From Chitinophagales bacterium (lineage in GTDB: Bacteria > Bacteroidota > Bacteroidia > Chitinophagales > JADJOU01), in contig JALOMB010000001.1 in assembly GCA_025455685.1 (NCBI GenBank), positions 19,673 through 83,672 of the forward strand: a DNA stretch of 64,000 bases, read 5' to 3'. The position numbers were made by a program, and so were the translations under genes. The notes under the pieces are model-generated. The model was not told the DNA's origin and did no database searches. It was given only the letters and a program-made list of their open reading frames with translations. Position 1 is the stretch's first letter. Each line of letters opens with the position of its first letter. Below, in pieces: positions 37,907-47,111 of this stretch.

Positions 37907-39646
37907 TTAGGAGCTTTGTTGAATCCACATGGCGCGGTATTTTTCATTTTTATGGAGTAAATCATCGTGAGAACCCGAAGCGACAATACGCCCTTTGTCA
38001 AGAACGAAAATTTCATCACAATGTTTAATTGTAGAGAGTCTGTGCGCCACAATTAATATGATTTTATCTTGAAGCCTTGAAATTTCTTGAATAGTCTTGG
38101 TGATATGCGCTTCTGTAATAGAGTCTAGGGCAGAAGTAGCTTCATCGAAGATAAGCACACTAGGATTTCGGAGAAGAGCCCTAGCTATAGCAACACGTTG
38201 TTTTTCGCCACCTGAGAGACGCACCCCATTTTCCCCAATATTCATGTGTAAGCCGAGGTCTGATTTATCTAATATAAACTGACCTTCAGCTTGAGCCAAA
38301 CAGGTCATGACATCTTCAACTTGAGCTTTTTGATTGGAAAAAAGTATATTATCCAGCAAAGTCCCAGAAAAAAGATGAATGTCTTGGGAAACGAGACTTA
38401 AATGTTTTTTATAGGCGGTACGATGTATTTGCTCAAAAGGAGTATCGTTTACCATAAATTTTCCTTCTTGAGGCTGATATAGTCCAAGAATAATTTTTAA
38501 TAGAGTCGATTTGCCAGCGCCAGAACTTCCTACGAAAGCGTAGGATTTGCCACGATTAAGCTCGATATCAATGTCTTGAAGACTCCAGGAGTTTGACAAA
38601 GGATGCCGAAAAGAAACCTGTTTAAGGCTAAGTGCATTAATTATTGAAGGTTCTACTAGGTTGTCACTTATCGGTTCAGTAGCTAAGTTCATAAAATTAT
38701 TAAAATTGTCTAGAGAAGCATCTGTTTCACGATAGACTGTGATGAAGGTGCCGATTTCTTGTAAGACATTAAACACATAGAAAGAATACATATACAAACT
38801 AAAATACTGACCAAGGGTTAATTTACGATAAAAGATCAAAAAAAGTAACCCCATAGCCAAAACTGTTCTGATAAAATTTATTGTCGTACCTTGAATAAAA
38901 CTAATCGATCGAAGTTTTTTGACCTTTTCGAGTTCTAAGGCGAGAATTTGATTGGTATTATTTTCGATGACTTTGATTTCTTGTTCTTGGAGCCCTAGGG
39001 ATTTGATAAGTTCTATGTTTCTAAGGCTTTCTGTCATATAACCAGAGAAAGCAGCCGTTTTTTGAGTGATAATCGTTTGAATTTTTTTGATTTTTCGACT
39101 GAGATAAGTGGAAGTGAAGAAAATCAAAGGAATACTTAGGCCATATATGACGAGTATCATAGGATGAATCGCTATAGAGACCCAAAACACAAAAACAAGA
39201 GAAACTACAGCCGCTACGACCACATTGACGAATACATGAGTAAGACGCTCGATATCAATTTTTACTTTCTGTAGAATATTTATTGTTTCACCACTTCTAA
39301 GCGATTCATAAGTTTCAAATTTCAAATTCATGCTATGATTCATGCCATCAACAAAAATTTGGGTAGCCACACGTTGATTTAAGACGTTTAGAAAATAATC
39401 TTGAAGATTTTTTGCGATACGAGATACCATTGCGACACCGACGATAGCGAGAAGTATTTTGCTCAAATCCAAAGCATAATCGGAGATTTTGTAATTGTCA
39501 AAGTAAAATCGACTCGCGTAATCATCTATGATAATTCGATATAAATAAGGATCCATCATCGAGAAACTGACATTTATCGCAGCTAAAATGAGGATTAAGA
39601 GCACTTTGAGCTTATGAGGAGCGATATAAGAAAAGAAAATTTTCAT
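37907..39646 (-). CDS. ABC transporter permease/ATP-binding fusion (ABCB/MsbA-like half transporter)
   Basis: N-terminal 6-TM domain; Walker A GSSGAGKST, signature LSGGEKQR, Walker B LIFDEATS. Confidence 0.85.
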   Translation of the reverse strand: MKIFFSYIAPHKLKVLLILILAAINVSFSMMDPYLYRIIIDDYASRFYFDNYKISDYALDLSKILLAIVGVAMVSRIAKNLQDYFLNVLNQRVATQIFVDGMNHSMNLKFETYESLRSGETINILQKVKIDIERLTHVFVNVVVAAVVSLVFVFWVSIAIHPMILVIYGLSIPLIFFTSTYLSRKIKKIQTIITQKTAAFSGYMTESLRNIELIKSLGLQEQEIKVIENNTNQILALELEKVKKLRSISFIQGTTINFIRTVLAMGLLFLIFYRKLTLGQYFSLYMYSFYVFNVLQEIGTFITVYRETDASLDNFNNFMNLATEPISDNLVEPSIINALSLKQVSFRHPLSNSWSLQDIDIELNRGKSYAFVGSSGAGKSTLLKIILGLYQPQEGKFMVNDTPFEQIHRTAYKKHLSLVSQDIHLFSGTLLDNILFSNQKAQVEDVMTCLAQAEGQFILDKSDLGLHMNIGENGVRLSGGEKQRVAIARALLRNPSVLIFDEATSALDSITEAHITKTIQEISRLQDKIILIVAHRLSTIKHCDEIFVLDKGRIVASGSHDDLLHKNEKYRAMWIQQSS

Positions 39647-39652
39647 AAAGGA

Positions 39653-40657
39653 TTAAAATGAGGGCATAAATTGCCCTAAATTGAGATAATGAGTATGCAT
39701 TTCATCTAAAATTTCTAAAATTTCAACTTTGTTTTGGGAAGTAACTAAACGCATACGAAATTCTTTAACGCCTTCGAAACCTTTGAAATAGGCCGCGTAA
39801 TGCTGTTTGGTTTCATTGATACCTAGGACTTCTCCCTTCCATGCTATGGCGCTAAGCAAATGGGTTTTTACGGCTTCTATTCTATCGGTAATCGTTGGAG
39901 GAGGAAGCTTTTCGCCTGTTTTAAGGTAATGTTTGATTTCTCGAAAAATCCAGGGATAGCCGATAGCGGCACGACCGATCATGATGCCATCGACACCAAA
40001 TTTATTTTTATATTCCAATGCTTTTTCAGGACTGTCGATATCGCCATTACCGAAAATTGGAATATGCATTCTAGGATTTTCTTTGACTTGAGCGATATAT
40101 CGCCAATCAGAATGACCTTTGTACATTTGAACTCGAGTGCGTGCATGAATTGAAAGTGCTTTTACGCCTATATCTTGAAGTCTTTCGGCGACTTCAACGA
40201 TATTAATGCTTTTTTCATCCCAACCCAATCGAGTTTTAACGGTTACCGGTAGATTAGTAGATTTGACGATAGCTTCTGTGAGCTGAATCATCAAAGGAAT
40301 ATTTTGCAAAATACCAGCACCTGCGAGTTTGCAAACGACTTTCTTGACCGGACAGCCGTAATTTATGTCTAAAACATTTGGGTTATATGGCTCGATGATG
40401 CGCGCGCTATAAGTCATTGCATCGAGATTGGAGCCGAAAATCTGTATGCCGATAGGTCGCTCATAATCATAAATATCGAGTTTCTTGACACTTTTTTCAG
40501 CATTTCTAATGAGACCTTCTGTAGATATAAACTCTGTGTACATCATATCTGCACCGTTTTCTTTGCACAGTTTACGAAAAGGAGGATCGCTAACGTCTTC
40601 CATAGGCGCAAGGAGAAGCGGAAAATCTTCAAAGGTCAAATTTCCAATTGATATCAT
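39653..40657 (-). CDS. dusB: tRNA-dihydrouridine synthase
   Basis: LAPMEDVSDPPFR, INYGCPVKK, HARTR motifs. Confidence 0.85.
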   Translation of the reverse strand: MISIGNLTFEDFPLLLAPMEDVSDPPFRKLCKENGADMMYTEFISTEGLIRNAEKSVKKLDIYDYERPIGIQIFGSNLDAMTYSARIIEPYNPNVLDINYGCPVKKVVCKLAGAGILQNIPLMIQLTEAIVKSTNLPVTVKTRLGWDEKSINIVEVAERLQDIGVKALSIHARTRVQMYKGHSDWRYIAQVKENPRMHIPIFGNGDIDSPEKALEYKNKFGVDGIMIGRAAIGYPWIFREIKHYLKTGEKLPPPTITDRIEAVKTHLLSAIAWKGEVLGINETKQHYAAYFKGFEGVKEFRMRLVTSQNKVEILEILDEMHTHYLNLGQFMPSF

Positions 40658-40659
40658 AG

Positions 40660-40709
40660 TTACAAAAATAAAGAAAATCTAGGAAATCAACAGAGTTTTG
40701 ATTTTCTAG
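40660..40709 (-). terminator. rho-independent terminator candidate after the SpsF-like gene
   Basis: Inverted repeat 40679..40690 / 40698..40709 (12 positions, one C-A mismatch on the minus-strand RNA), 7-nt loop, then minus-strand ATTTTCTTTATTTTTG. Confidence 0.5.
40663..40670 (-). promoter_or_regulatory. -7 box (TATTTTTG on minus strand) for dusB
   Basis: Plus strand CAAAAATA. The ATG at 40657 begins 6 nt from the box edge, so the mRNA is near-leaderless. The box is embedded in the T-tract of the upstream terminator. Confidence 0.4.
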
Positions 40710-40726
40710 GCAAATAAAAATAAAAT

Positions 40727-41524
40727 TCAATCAATTTTTTTAGTTTTCGAAGCATCGATTGTTTTGAGTTCATCGAGATGATTTCTATACCAATTAACAC
40801 CTGCGAAATGAGCATTAATTTGATAAATTTCTGGTTTTTTTTCGAGCAAATCCAATATATCTTCTAAGCTAAATCGTGGATTAGAGGGATATAGAGCTTC
40901 AAAGACAGCTTTGATAAATTCAAAATCTTCGAGGTAGTCTATCGTAAATCGATGCGACATCGAATAGTCATATCCTTTTGGCCAAGTGAAATTTGCCAGA
41001 GAAAACTTGTCGGGATTTTCCCAAAAATAGGGTGTAGTATGTTCTCTTTCGAGAGGTTTCTGAGCTTCGAGATGGGCTTTTTCAAGCGCAGAGAAACGAA
41101 AAATTTCTACATCATTTCCATCGGGATATGTCGCAGGGTGAAGGTTGGAGACGAAATCAACTGAATGAGACAAGAAATAACCATAGACATCATCGATAAT
41201 TTTTGGGTCTATCAAAGGACAGTCCGAAGGAATTTTAGCGACGATATCAGCTTGCAAGGCTTTGGCGGCTTGATAATGTCTGTCGAGCAAATCTAACTCA
41301 GACCCTCTAAATACGACGATTTTATCGTTATTTCGAAATAAATCTTCAATGATATCATTTTCCGCATGCTCAGAAGTTGCGATTACTATTTGACCAATAT
41401 GTTTGGCTTGAAGAAGTCTTTCGACCATGAGTTCGAGAATAGTTTTGCTGAGAATGGTTTTCATAACTTTATTTGGCAAGCGTGTAGAGCCGACTCGAGC
41501 CTGAACGACAGTAACTATTTTCAT
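40727..41524 (-). CDS. cytidylyltransferase-domain protein, SpsF/COG1861-like (CMP-sugar synthetase homolog)
   Basis: VQARVGSTRLPNKV N-terminal nucleotide-binding motif and RFTIDYLEDFEFIKAVFEAL C-terminal signature. Confidence 0.7.
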   Translation of the reverse strand: MKIVTVVQARVGSTRLPNKVMKTILSKTILELMVERLLQAKHIGQIVIATSEHAENDIIEDLFRNNDKIVVFRGSELDLLDRHYQAAKALQADIVAKIPSDCPLIDPKIIDDVYGYFLSHSVDFVSNLHPATYPDGNDVEIFRFSALEKAHLEAQKPLEREHTTPYFWENPDKFSLANFTWPKGYDYSMSHRFTIDYLEDFEFIKAVFEALYPSNPRFSLEDILDLLEKKPEIYQINAHFAGVNWYRNHLDELKTIDASKTKKID

Positions 41525-41525
41525 G

Positions 41526-42551
41526 TTATAAATATTTAGTAACCAAAGGATGATGATAAATAGAAGCCTTATCCGTCATATCCAAATATATATCCAAAAT
41601 TTCAGCAATAATTTCAGCAGACATTCCTTCGTTTTGAATAGGTTTACAAGCGTATAGTTCATTGATATCAAAATAACTATAAACTTTTTTTTGCAGTACC
41701 AAACCGATAAGCGCCACTGTAGAAAATTGAGTAATTAAGGTTTTGCAATGATAAATCATCGGGTCGATACTGCCTGAAGTATAAATCAACGCGTTAGGAA
41801 GAATCTCGAGAATCTCTCGACGAACGATGTCGTGATTTTCATTAGGATGAAGCTTAAATATGATTTGATCAAAGCCAGCTATATCTTTGCACGCTAATAG
41901 GAAAGACACTCGGTCATCATTTCCACCAAGCTCACGAATATCAGAAGTAGCGACCAAGACATAATCTTGATACTCAAAGTCATATTGAGCCAGCGCATAT
42001 AAATCATCAAAATTTGGAATACCAGTACAAAGAATTTTATGGGCCTCTGTGCCGTTTTTGACGAAAAGCGATTTAAAGCCTTGACTAGCACTAAAATACA
42101 AGTCTGCTAAATTAGAGCTGCCGTTTAACGAAGTAGAGCCTGTGAGATATCGAGGCAATTTGAGTTTGAGAATCAAATTAGAAAAAAAAGTTTGCGGGTC
42201 TATCATTCCTTCTTGAATCCAAGCCGTTTTAGTTTTGGATAAAAAAGAAGGAAAAACGATATCTGTGGACAAGACAGCCAAATCATATGAATTGCCCAAG
42301 CTTTCACCTCTATAATCGTAGCGAATATTGTGATCTTGAATGTATTGACGGCTTATTTTAGAAAAAGAACTATTCTTACCAAATACAGTATGATCAAAGA
42401 AACCAGACTCAGCTAAAAACTCATAAAACTTACCATCTTGAAAAACTTGCGTAAAAAAAATCTCGTGTCTAGGCTCAAGATATGAAGCGATTTTATGAAG
42501 CTGAGTCGTTTGATTTAAGGAACCAGTTACGAAGAGAATCTTTTTCTTCAT
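41526..42551 (-). CDS. hypothetical GT-B-fold-like protein (2-epimerase / glycerophosphotransferase-like layout with HP motif)
   Basis: MKKKILFVTGS N-terminus, LVATSDIRELG...IIFKLHPNE...TLITQFSTVALIG resembles the C-terminal Rossmann half of GT-B enzymes; assignment tentative. Confidence 0.35.
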   Translation of the reverse strand: MKKKILFVTGSLNQTTQLHKIASYLEPRHEIFFTQVFQDGKFYEFLAESGFFDHTVFGKNSSFSKISRQYIQDHNIRYDYRGESLGNSYDLAVLSTDIVFPSFLSKTKTAWIQEGMIDPQTFFSNLILKLKLPRYLTGSTSLNGSSNLADLYFSASQGFKSLFVKNGTEAHKILCTGIPNFDDLYALAQYDFEYQDYVLVATSDIRELGGNDDRVSFLLACKDIAGFDQIIFKLHPNENHDIVRREILEILPNALIYTSGSIDPMIYHCKTLITQFSTVALIGLVLQKKVYSYFDINELYACKPIQNEGMSAEIIAEILDIYLDMTDKASIYHHPLVTKYL

Positions 42552-42557
42552 GAAGAT

Positions 42558-43301
42558 TTAAATTTGATTTAATCCTAGAAACTGTTCAGCGATTAGACTA
42601 GCACCACCGATAAGCCCTCCGTTAATATTGGGTTGAGAAAAAAGCGAAGCGGCATTATCTAGGTTACAGCTGCCACCGTATAAAATCGTGATTTCTTCAG
42701 GGTTTAATTTAGGATATTCTGCTGTCAAGGCGTTGAAGATATTTAAATGCATCTCTTGAGCCTGTTCTTTCGAAGCGGTTCTTCCGGTACCGATAGCCCA
42801 TATTGGCTCATAAGCGAAAACAAGTTGCTTAAAGCTATTTAACTGAGTCAAAGCGAGTCCAGATTTGATTTGAGCCAGGACATAATCGATTTCCTGACCT
42901 TTTTCTCGAATTTCTAGAGGTTCACCGAAACAAAAAACAGGGATGATTTGATGCGAGAGACAAGCGGCTATTTTTTTTGCGATAAGTTCGTCGCTTTCCT
43001 GAAAAATCTGTCTTCGCTCAGAATGACCAATAAGCACATAACCAATCGATAGGCTTTTTAGCATAGGAATAGAAATTTCTCCTGTAAATGCGCCTTTTTC
43101 TTCGAAATATAGGTTTTGCGCCGCAAAGGAGATTTGCGGATTTTTATTTCTAAGGTGCAATCCTTGAAGATAAAGACTTGGAGCAGCGATAATAGTCGGT
43201 TTATCTAAGGATTTGTCCAAGAAAAAATCTACAAATTCAGTTGCTTCTTCCCAGGTTTTGTTCATTTTCCAGTTGGCGATGACTAAATTAGATGAGGACA
43301 T
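42558..43301 (-). CDS. tpiA: triose-phosphate isomerase
   Basis: IANWKMN, IGHSERR, YEPIWAIGTG, GGASL. Confidence 0.9.
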   Translation of the reverse strand: MSSSNLVIANWKMNKTWEEATEFVDFFLDKSLDKPTIIAAPSLYLQGLHLRNKNPQISFAAQNLYFEEKGAFTGEISIPMLKSLSIGYVLIGHSERRQIFQESDELIAKKIAACLSHQIIPVFCFGEPLEIREKGQEIDYVLAQIKSGLALTQLNSFKQLVFAYEPIWAIGTGRTASKEQAQEMHLNIFNALTAEYPKLNPEEITILYGGSCNLDNAASLFSQPNINGGLIGGASLIAEQFLGLNQI

Positions 43302-43304
43302 AGT

Positions 43305-44420
43305 TTAAGTTTTAGGATAAAGAGAGTGTAATAAATTTTTTTGAAATTCGGTAAGCGATAAATTCCTTCGTTTACAGACGATTTCTATAGTCGCTAAAGC
43401 TTTTGAAAAATCGTAGATTTCACTTGAATTACCAACAAGCCAAGTGAAATCAGGGATAAATTTAGGAGGAAAACCAGAAGTGGCTATTAGGGCACAGACA
43501 CCTACTACGGTAGCGGTATTGAATGTAGTACCAATAGAAGATTTGCTGTAATCCCCCATGATTAAACCGATAAATTGCTGACCACTTGGTTCAAAAGAAT
43601 TTGAAGAATAATGATACAAGTCTATTAAGCTATAATTGTTTTTGAGATTGGAACTAATCGTACCAGCGCCTAGGTTACACCAAGAACCGAGTACAGAATT
43701 ACCAAGAAAACCATCGTGAGCTTTATTGGTAAATGGATGAATAATTACATTGCTGAGCTCGCCTGCAACTTTACAAGATTTGCCTATAGAAGTAGCCCCA
43801 TAAATTTTAGTGCCCATTTTGACTTGAGCTTCACAACCAAGATAAAAAGGACCTCTAATTTGACATCCTTCCATAATTTGTGCGTGATCATCGATAAAAA
43901 TTGACCCGGTGGTAGTGTTCAAAATGCAAGGCAAAATCGTTGGATTACCTCTTACATAGAGCTCGTCTCCTAGAATTGTGACCCCTTCTATAGAAGAAAC
44001 TTTACGAAAATCATTAGCATTAATAGCATCTAAAAGAAAAATTTCATGATTTTTTAGAAATATATCCCAGAGATGCGCTATTTGAATGAAATCCAAAGAA
44101 ATTTCTTTCCAATCGTCTATTTCATTAGATTTTAAAAGCCATGTTTTTCCTAAAGAAACATTTGATTTTCCTAAATTTTCTTGAATCACCTTAATGATGT
44201 CCTTACTAGGAATAATACTAGCATTTATAAGAAAGGAATTAGAAGCAAGTTCAGGATTCCAATCTAGATTTCCTTGCTCAAGCGAATAACCAAATTCTTT
44301 TGTCCATTTTTCAGAAATGCTCGATAAACCGACTAAGATATCAGAGATATAACGAGTACTAGTAATCGGCTTGAGATTAAGTCTAGTGGTGTCATCATCC
44401 CATAATACGACATTATTCAT
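43305..44420 (-). CDS. GlmU-like putative sugar nucleotidyltransferase/acyltransferase (C-terminal left-handed beta-helix)
   Basis: Hexapeptide repeats in the C-half. Start moved to the ATG at 44420 (MNNVVLWDD), because the listed start would overlap the upstream peptidase gene by 92 nt. Confidence 0.6.
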   Translation of the reverse strand: MNNVVLWDDDTTRLNLKPITSTRYISDILVGLSSISEKWTKEFGYSLEQGNLDWNPELASNSFLINASIIPSKDIIKVIQENLGKSNVSLGKTWLLKSNEIDDWKEISLDFIQIAHLWDIFLKNHEIFLLDAINANDFRKVSSIEGVTILGDELYVRGNPTILPCILNTTTGSIFIDDHAQIMEGCQIRGPFYLGCEAQVKMGTKIYGATSIGKSCKVAGELSNVIIHPFTNKAHDGFLGNSVLGSWCNLGAGTISSNLKNNYSLIDLYHYSSNSFEPSGQQFIGLIMGDYSKSSIGTTFNTATVVGVCALIATSGFPPKFIPDFTWLVGNSSEIYDFSKALATIEIVCKRRNLSLTEFQKNLLHSLYPKT

Positions 44421-47061
44421 TATCATCGTTTTCTTCATTATCATTTGTATCATCTTCAGCGTTAGCCGCTTTGGAAATGAGTTTAGATTTTTTGACGAGG
44501 TCAAGCTTTTCTTTTTTGGCTACAAACGTCGCATCAGGTGTCATGAGACTACCTATAAGTGATTCAATCACATATTTTTTGGTATATTTGTTTACTTCAT
44601 TTTCCTCTGTAGTTTTACCTTCTAGCGATTCCATACCCTTTCTGAAGATTTCTAGCGGTTGATTTACAATATAGTTCGAAAAATTAATACTCGCAGAAAT
44701 TTTTTCATAGCCCGATACCTTGTCAATTTTTTCTTCGAAAAGCGCATAATTGTCTGTTTTATTATCTTTTTGGAGAATTACAGCAGCATGGTATAGTAGG
44801 TTAGAATTGTTTGAGGATTGATATGCTTTTCGAGCATAAGACATACCTAAAGCACTATCTAAGGTATAAAAAAGAGATAGCGAAGCAGCCTCAACCAAAT
44901 AGGAAGAGTCTTGAAGCAGTTTTGTCGCTAACGTCATAAATTGGTTTTCATTAGATTTGTCAAACTCAGTTATTTCATTTATCACGAATAATGCTCTAGC
45001 CCGCAGCAGTGATTTTGATTGTTTGTTTTCAGCGATTTTGATTAAACTTGATCGAATTTGATCTAAATAAGGATTTGTGTTAAATCCTGATACCAGTTTG
45101 AGGATATGAAATTTAATCCAATCACTTTGTTTTGATTTTAGCACTTCATTGACGGTCGCTTGCACCAAGTCAAGCTTTATCGCATTAGTATCTGTAGAGA
45201 GGGATTTAATCGCACGGTATTTAGTAAGATAACCAACCTCTGGGATTTGAAGCAAGGCGACCCAATCTGCTACATCTCTTTTTTCAGTAACCCTACCAAC
45301 CAAAGCATTGTCCGAATCAAATTCAATAACTTTTAGTTTGTCTTTATAAGGTAAATCTTTGAGCAAAGAATTTGCAGCGATATTCATACTAGGTTCATTA
45401 AAATTAATGGTATGAACTTGTTTTGGAAGATTATCCAAAAAATGAAAAGTAAGCTTGAGCGGAAGTCTATACACAAAACTATCATAGAAATTATGCGTCT
45501 GTGATAGCTTAAGGGCTTTTTCTCTGTTAGAAGTTTCAGCAGAAATTTTAATTTCCGGATGACCACCTACGAGATACCATTGATAAAAATACCAATCGAG
45601 GTCTTGTCCACTATGTTTTTCGAAAATTTGCTTTAAGTCGTTGTATTCAGTAGTTTTGAAGCTATAAGTTTTGAGATAATCTGATAAAGAAGCGAAAAAA
45701 ACCTTATCCCCTAGATATTTACGAAGCTGATGAAGAATTTTACCGCCTTTTTGATAAGAAATGACGTCAAACATGTCGTCAGGGTCTTGATAATTGTTTC
45801 TAAACAAGGGTTCACGTTTGGACTTAGCACTAAAGAGGTATTGTTCGAAGTCTTTTCGCCAATACTCCAAAGCCTCATCTATACCGTTTTTATGTTCATG
45901 CCAAAGAAATTCAGAATAATTTGCAAAAGATTCATTAAGCGTCAAATGTCCCCAACTTTCACAGGTTACTAAATCACCAAACCAATGATGAAAGAGTTCG
46001 TGAGCGATAGTCTCATCATCATTATTATCTTTTAGCTCACGTCTATCCTTGAGTACGAAGTCATTAAAAGTAACGGCAGTAGTATTTTCCATAGCACCGG
46101 AAACGAATTCTCTCACAATTACTTGACTATATTTATCCCATGGGTAAGGGACTTGAAGTAATTTCTCAAAGAAAGGAATCATTTCAGGAGTTCGTCCAAA
46201 AATAGGTTTAGCTAAATCTTTATGTTTGTGTTCGATAAAATATTCTAATGGAATATTATTCGGTGTTTTATCTTTTACTACATGAAAATCACCGACGACC
46301 AAGACCGTTAGATAGGTAGAATGAGGTTTTTTTAGCGACCAAACGTCTTTTCGTTTTTTATTGGGAAGTGGGAGCGAAGAGATAAGTGTTCCGTTGGATA
46401 AGGTCTCTAGGCTATCGTCAACGATTACAGTGAGCTGCTGCGTATATTTCTCCGTTGGGAAGTCAAAAGTAGGAAACCATCCTGAATTAGACATAGGCTC
46501 TCCTTGAGTCCATAAATGCATAGGATATTCCGGGTTTTTTCCATCGGTATTGATGAAATAAGCTCCTTTGCTATCTTGTATGCTTTTACTTTTTTTAGAA
46601 ACAATCAAATCAGAATTTGCAGTATAAGAAATAGAAAATACCCGTTTATTGTTTAAAGTAAGGGGTGATTTTAACTCAAGAATCAATTTGGCGGAGTCAT
46701 ATTTATAATTCAAAGCAACTTCTTTGCCAGAAATGATCTCTGAAACTTGGTGAATCAGAAACATTTTAGCGTCAAGAGCGATTTCCTGAGTAGGAATAAT
46801 CGTTTGGGCTGAAATTGTCAGTTTAGCGTTACCGATGATTTGCCTCGTTTTAAAGTTAGGGGTAATCTTAAGGTCTAAATGATGTATGTCAAACAATTTT
46901 TCGGGACAAGAAGCTGTCGGGATAGTGCCTGAGAAATGCAATTTATCAGACTTTTGAGCTTTGAGAATGCTATCAATAGCATTTTTGATTTGATTCGTTT
47001 CTTGAGCGAAGATTAGATTTAGGGAAAATAAACCCAAAACCAAAATAAAATTTTTTATCAT
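44413..47061 (-). CDS. M1 family metallopeptidase (aminopeptidase N-like) with C-terminal helical-repeat domain and acidic tail
   Basis: Signal peptide; GAMENT, HELFHHWFGDLVT...WLNESFANY (HExxH-x18-E); tail AEDDTNDNEENDDNE. Confidence 0.85.
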   Translation of the reverse strand: MIKNFILVLGLFSLNLIFAQETNQIKNAIDSILKAQKSDKLHFSGTIPTASCPEKLFDIHHLDLKITPNFKTRQIIGNAKLTISAQTIIPTQEIALDAKMFLIHQVSEIISGKEVALNYKYDSAKLILELKSPLTLNNKRVFSISYTANSDLIVSKKSKSIQDSKGAYFINTDGKNPEYPMHLWTQGEPMSNSGWFPTFDFPTEKYTQQLTVIVDDSLETLSNGTLISSLPLPNKKRKDVWSLKKPHSTYLTVLVVGDFHVVKDKTPNNIPLEYFIEHKHKDLAKPIFGRTPEMIPFFEKLLQVPYPWDKYSQVIVREFVSGAMENTTAVTFNDFVLKDRRELKDNNDDETIAHELFHHWFGDLVTCESWGHLTLNESFANYSEFLWHEHKNGIDEALEYWRKDFEQYLFSAKSKREPLFRNNYQDPDDMFDVISYQKGGKILHQLRKYLGDKVFFASLSDYLKTYSFKTTEYNDLKQIFEKHSGQDLDWYFYQWYLVGGHPEIKISAETSNREKALKLSQTHNFYDSFVYRLPLKLTFHFLDNLPKQVHTINFNEPSMNIAANSLLKDLPYKDKLKVIEFDSDNALVGRVTEKRDVADWVALLQIPEVGYLTKYRAIKSLSTDTNAIKLDLVQATVNEVLKSKQSDWIKFHILKLVSGFNTNPYLDQIRSSLIKIAENKQSKSLLRARALFVINEITEFDKSNENQFMTLATKLLQDSSYLVEAASLSLFYTLDSALGMSYARKAYQSSNNSNLLYHAAVILQKDNKTDNYALFEEKIDKVSGYEKISASINFSNYIVNQPLEIFRKGMESLEGKTTEENEVNKYTKKYVIESLIGSLMTPDATFVAKKEKLDLVKKSKLISKAANAEDDTNDNEENDDNE

Positions 47062-47080
47062 GATAGCATTATATTTAAAG

Positions 47081-47088
47081 CAAATTTA
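47081..47088 (-). promoter_or_regulatory. -7 box (TAAATTTG on minus strand) for the M1 peptidase unit
   Basis: Plus strand CAAATTTA; 20 nt upstream of the ATG at 47061. Confidence 0.4.
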
Positions 47089-47111
47089 TATAATTAATTC
47101 AAAATCATCCG

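Noticed and set aside
44421-44504. 92-nt overlap between the GlmU-like gene and the M1 peptidase gene implied by the ORF track
   Set aside because: The extension (MTSSKNLNSFPKRLTLKMIQMIMKKTMI) is non-conserved-looking. An internal ATG at 44420 gives a normal 8-nt overlap and a typical N-terminus. This is a start-call artefact, not a real long overlap.
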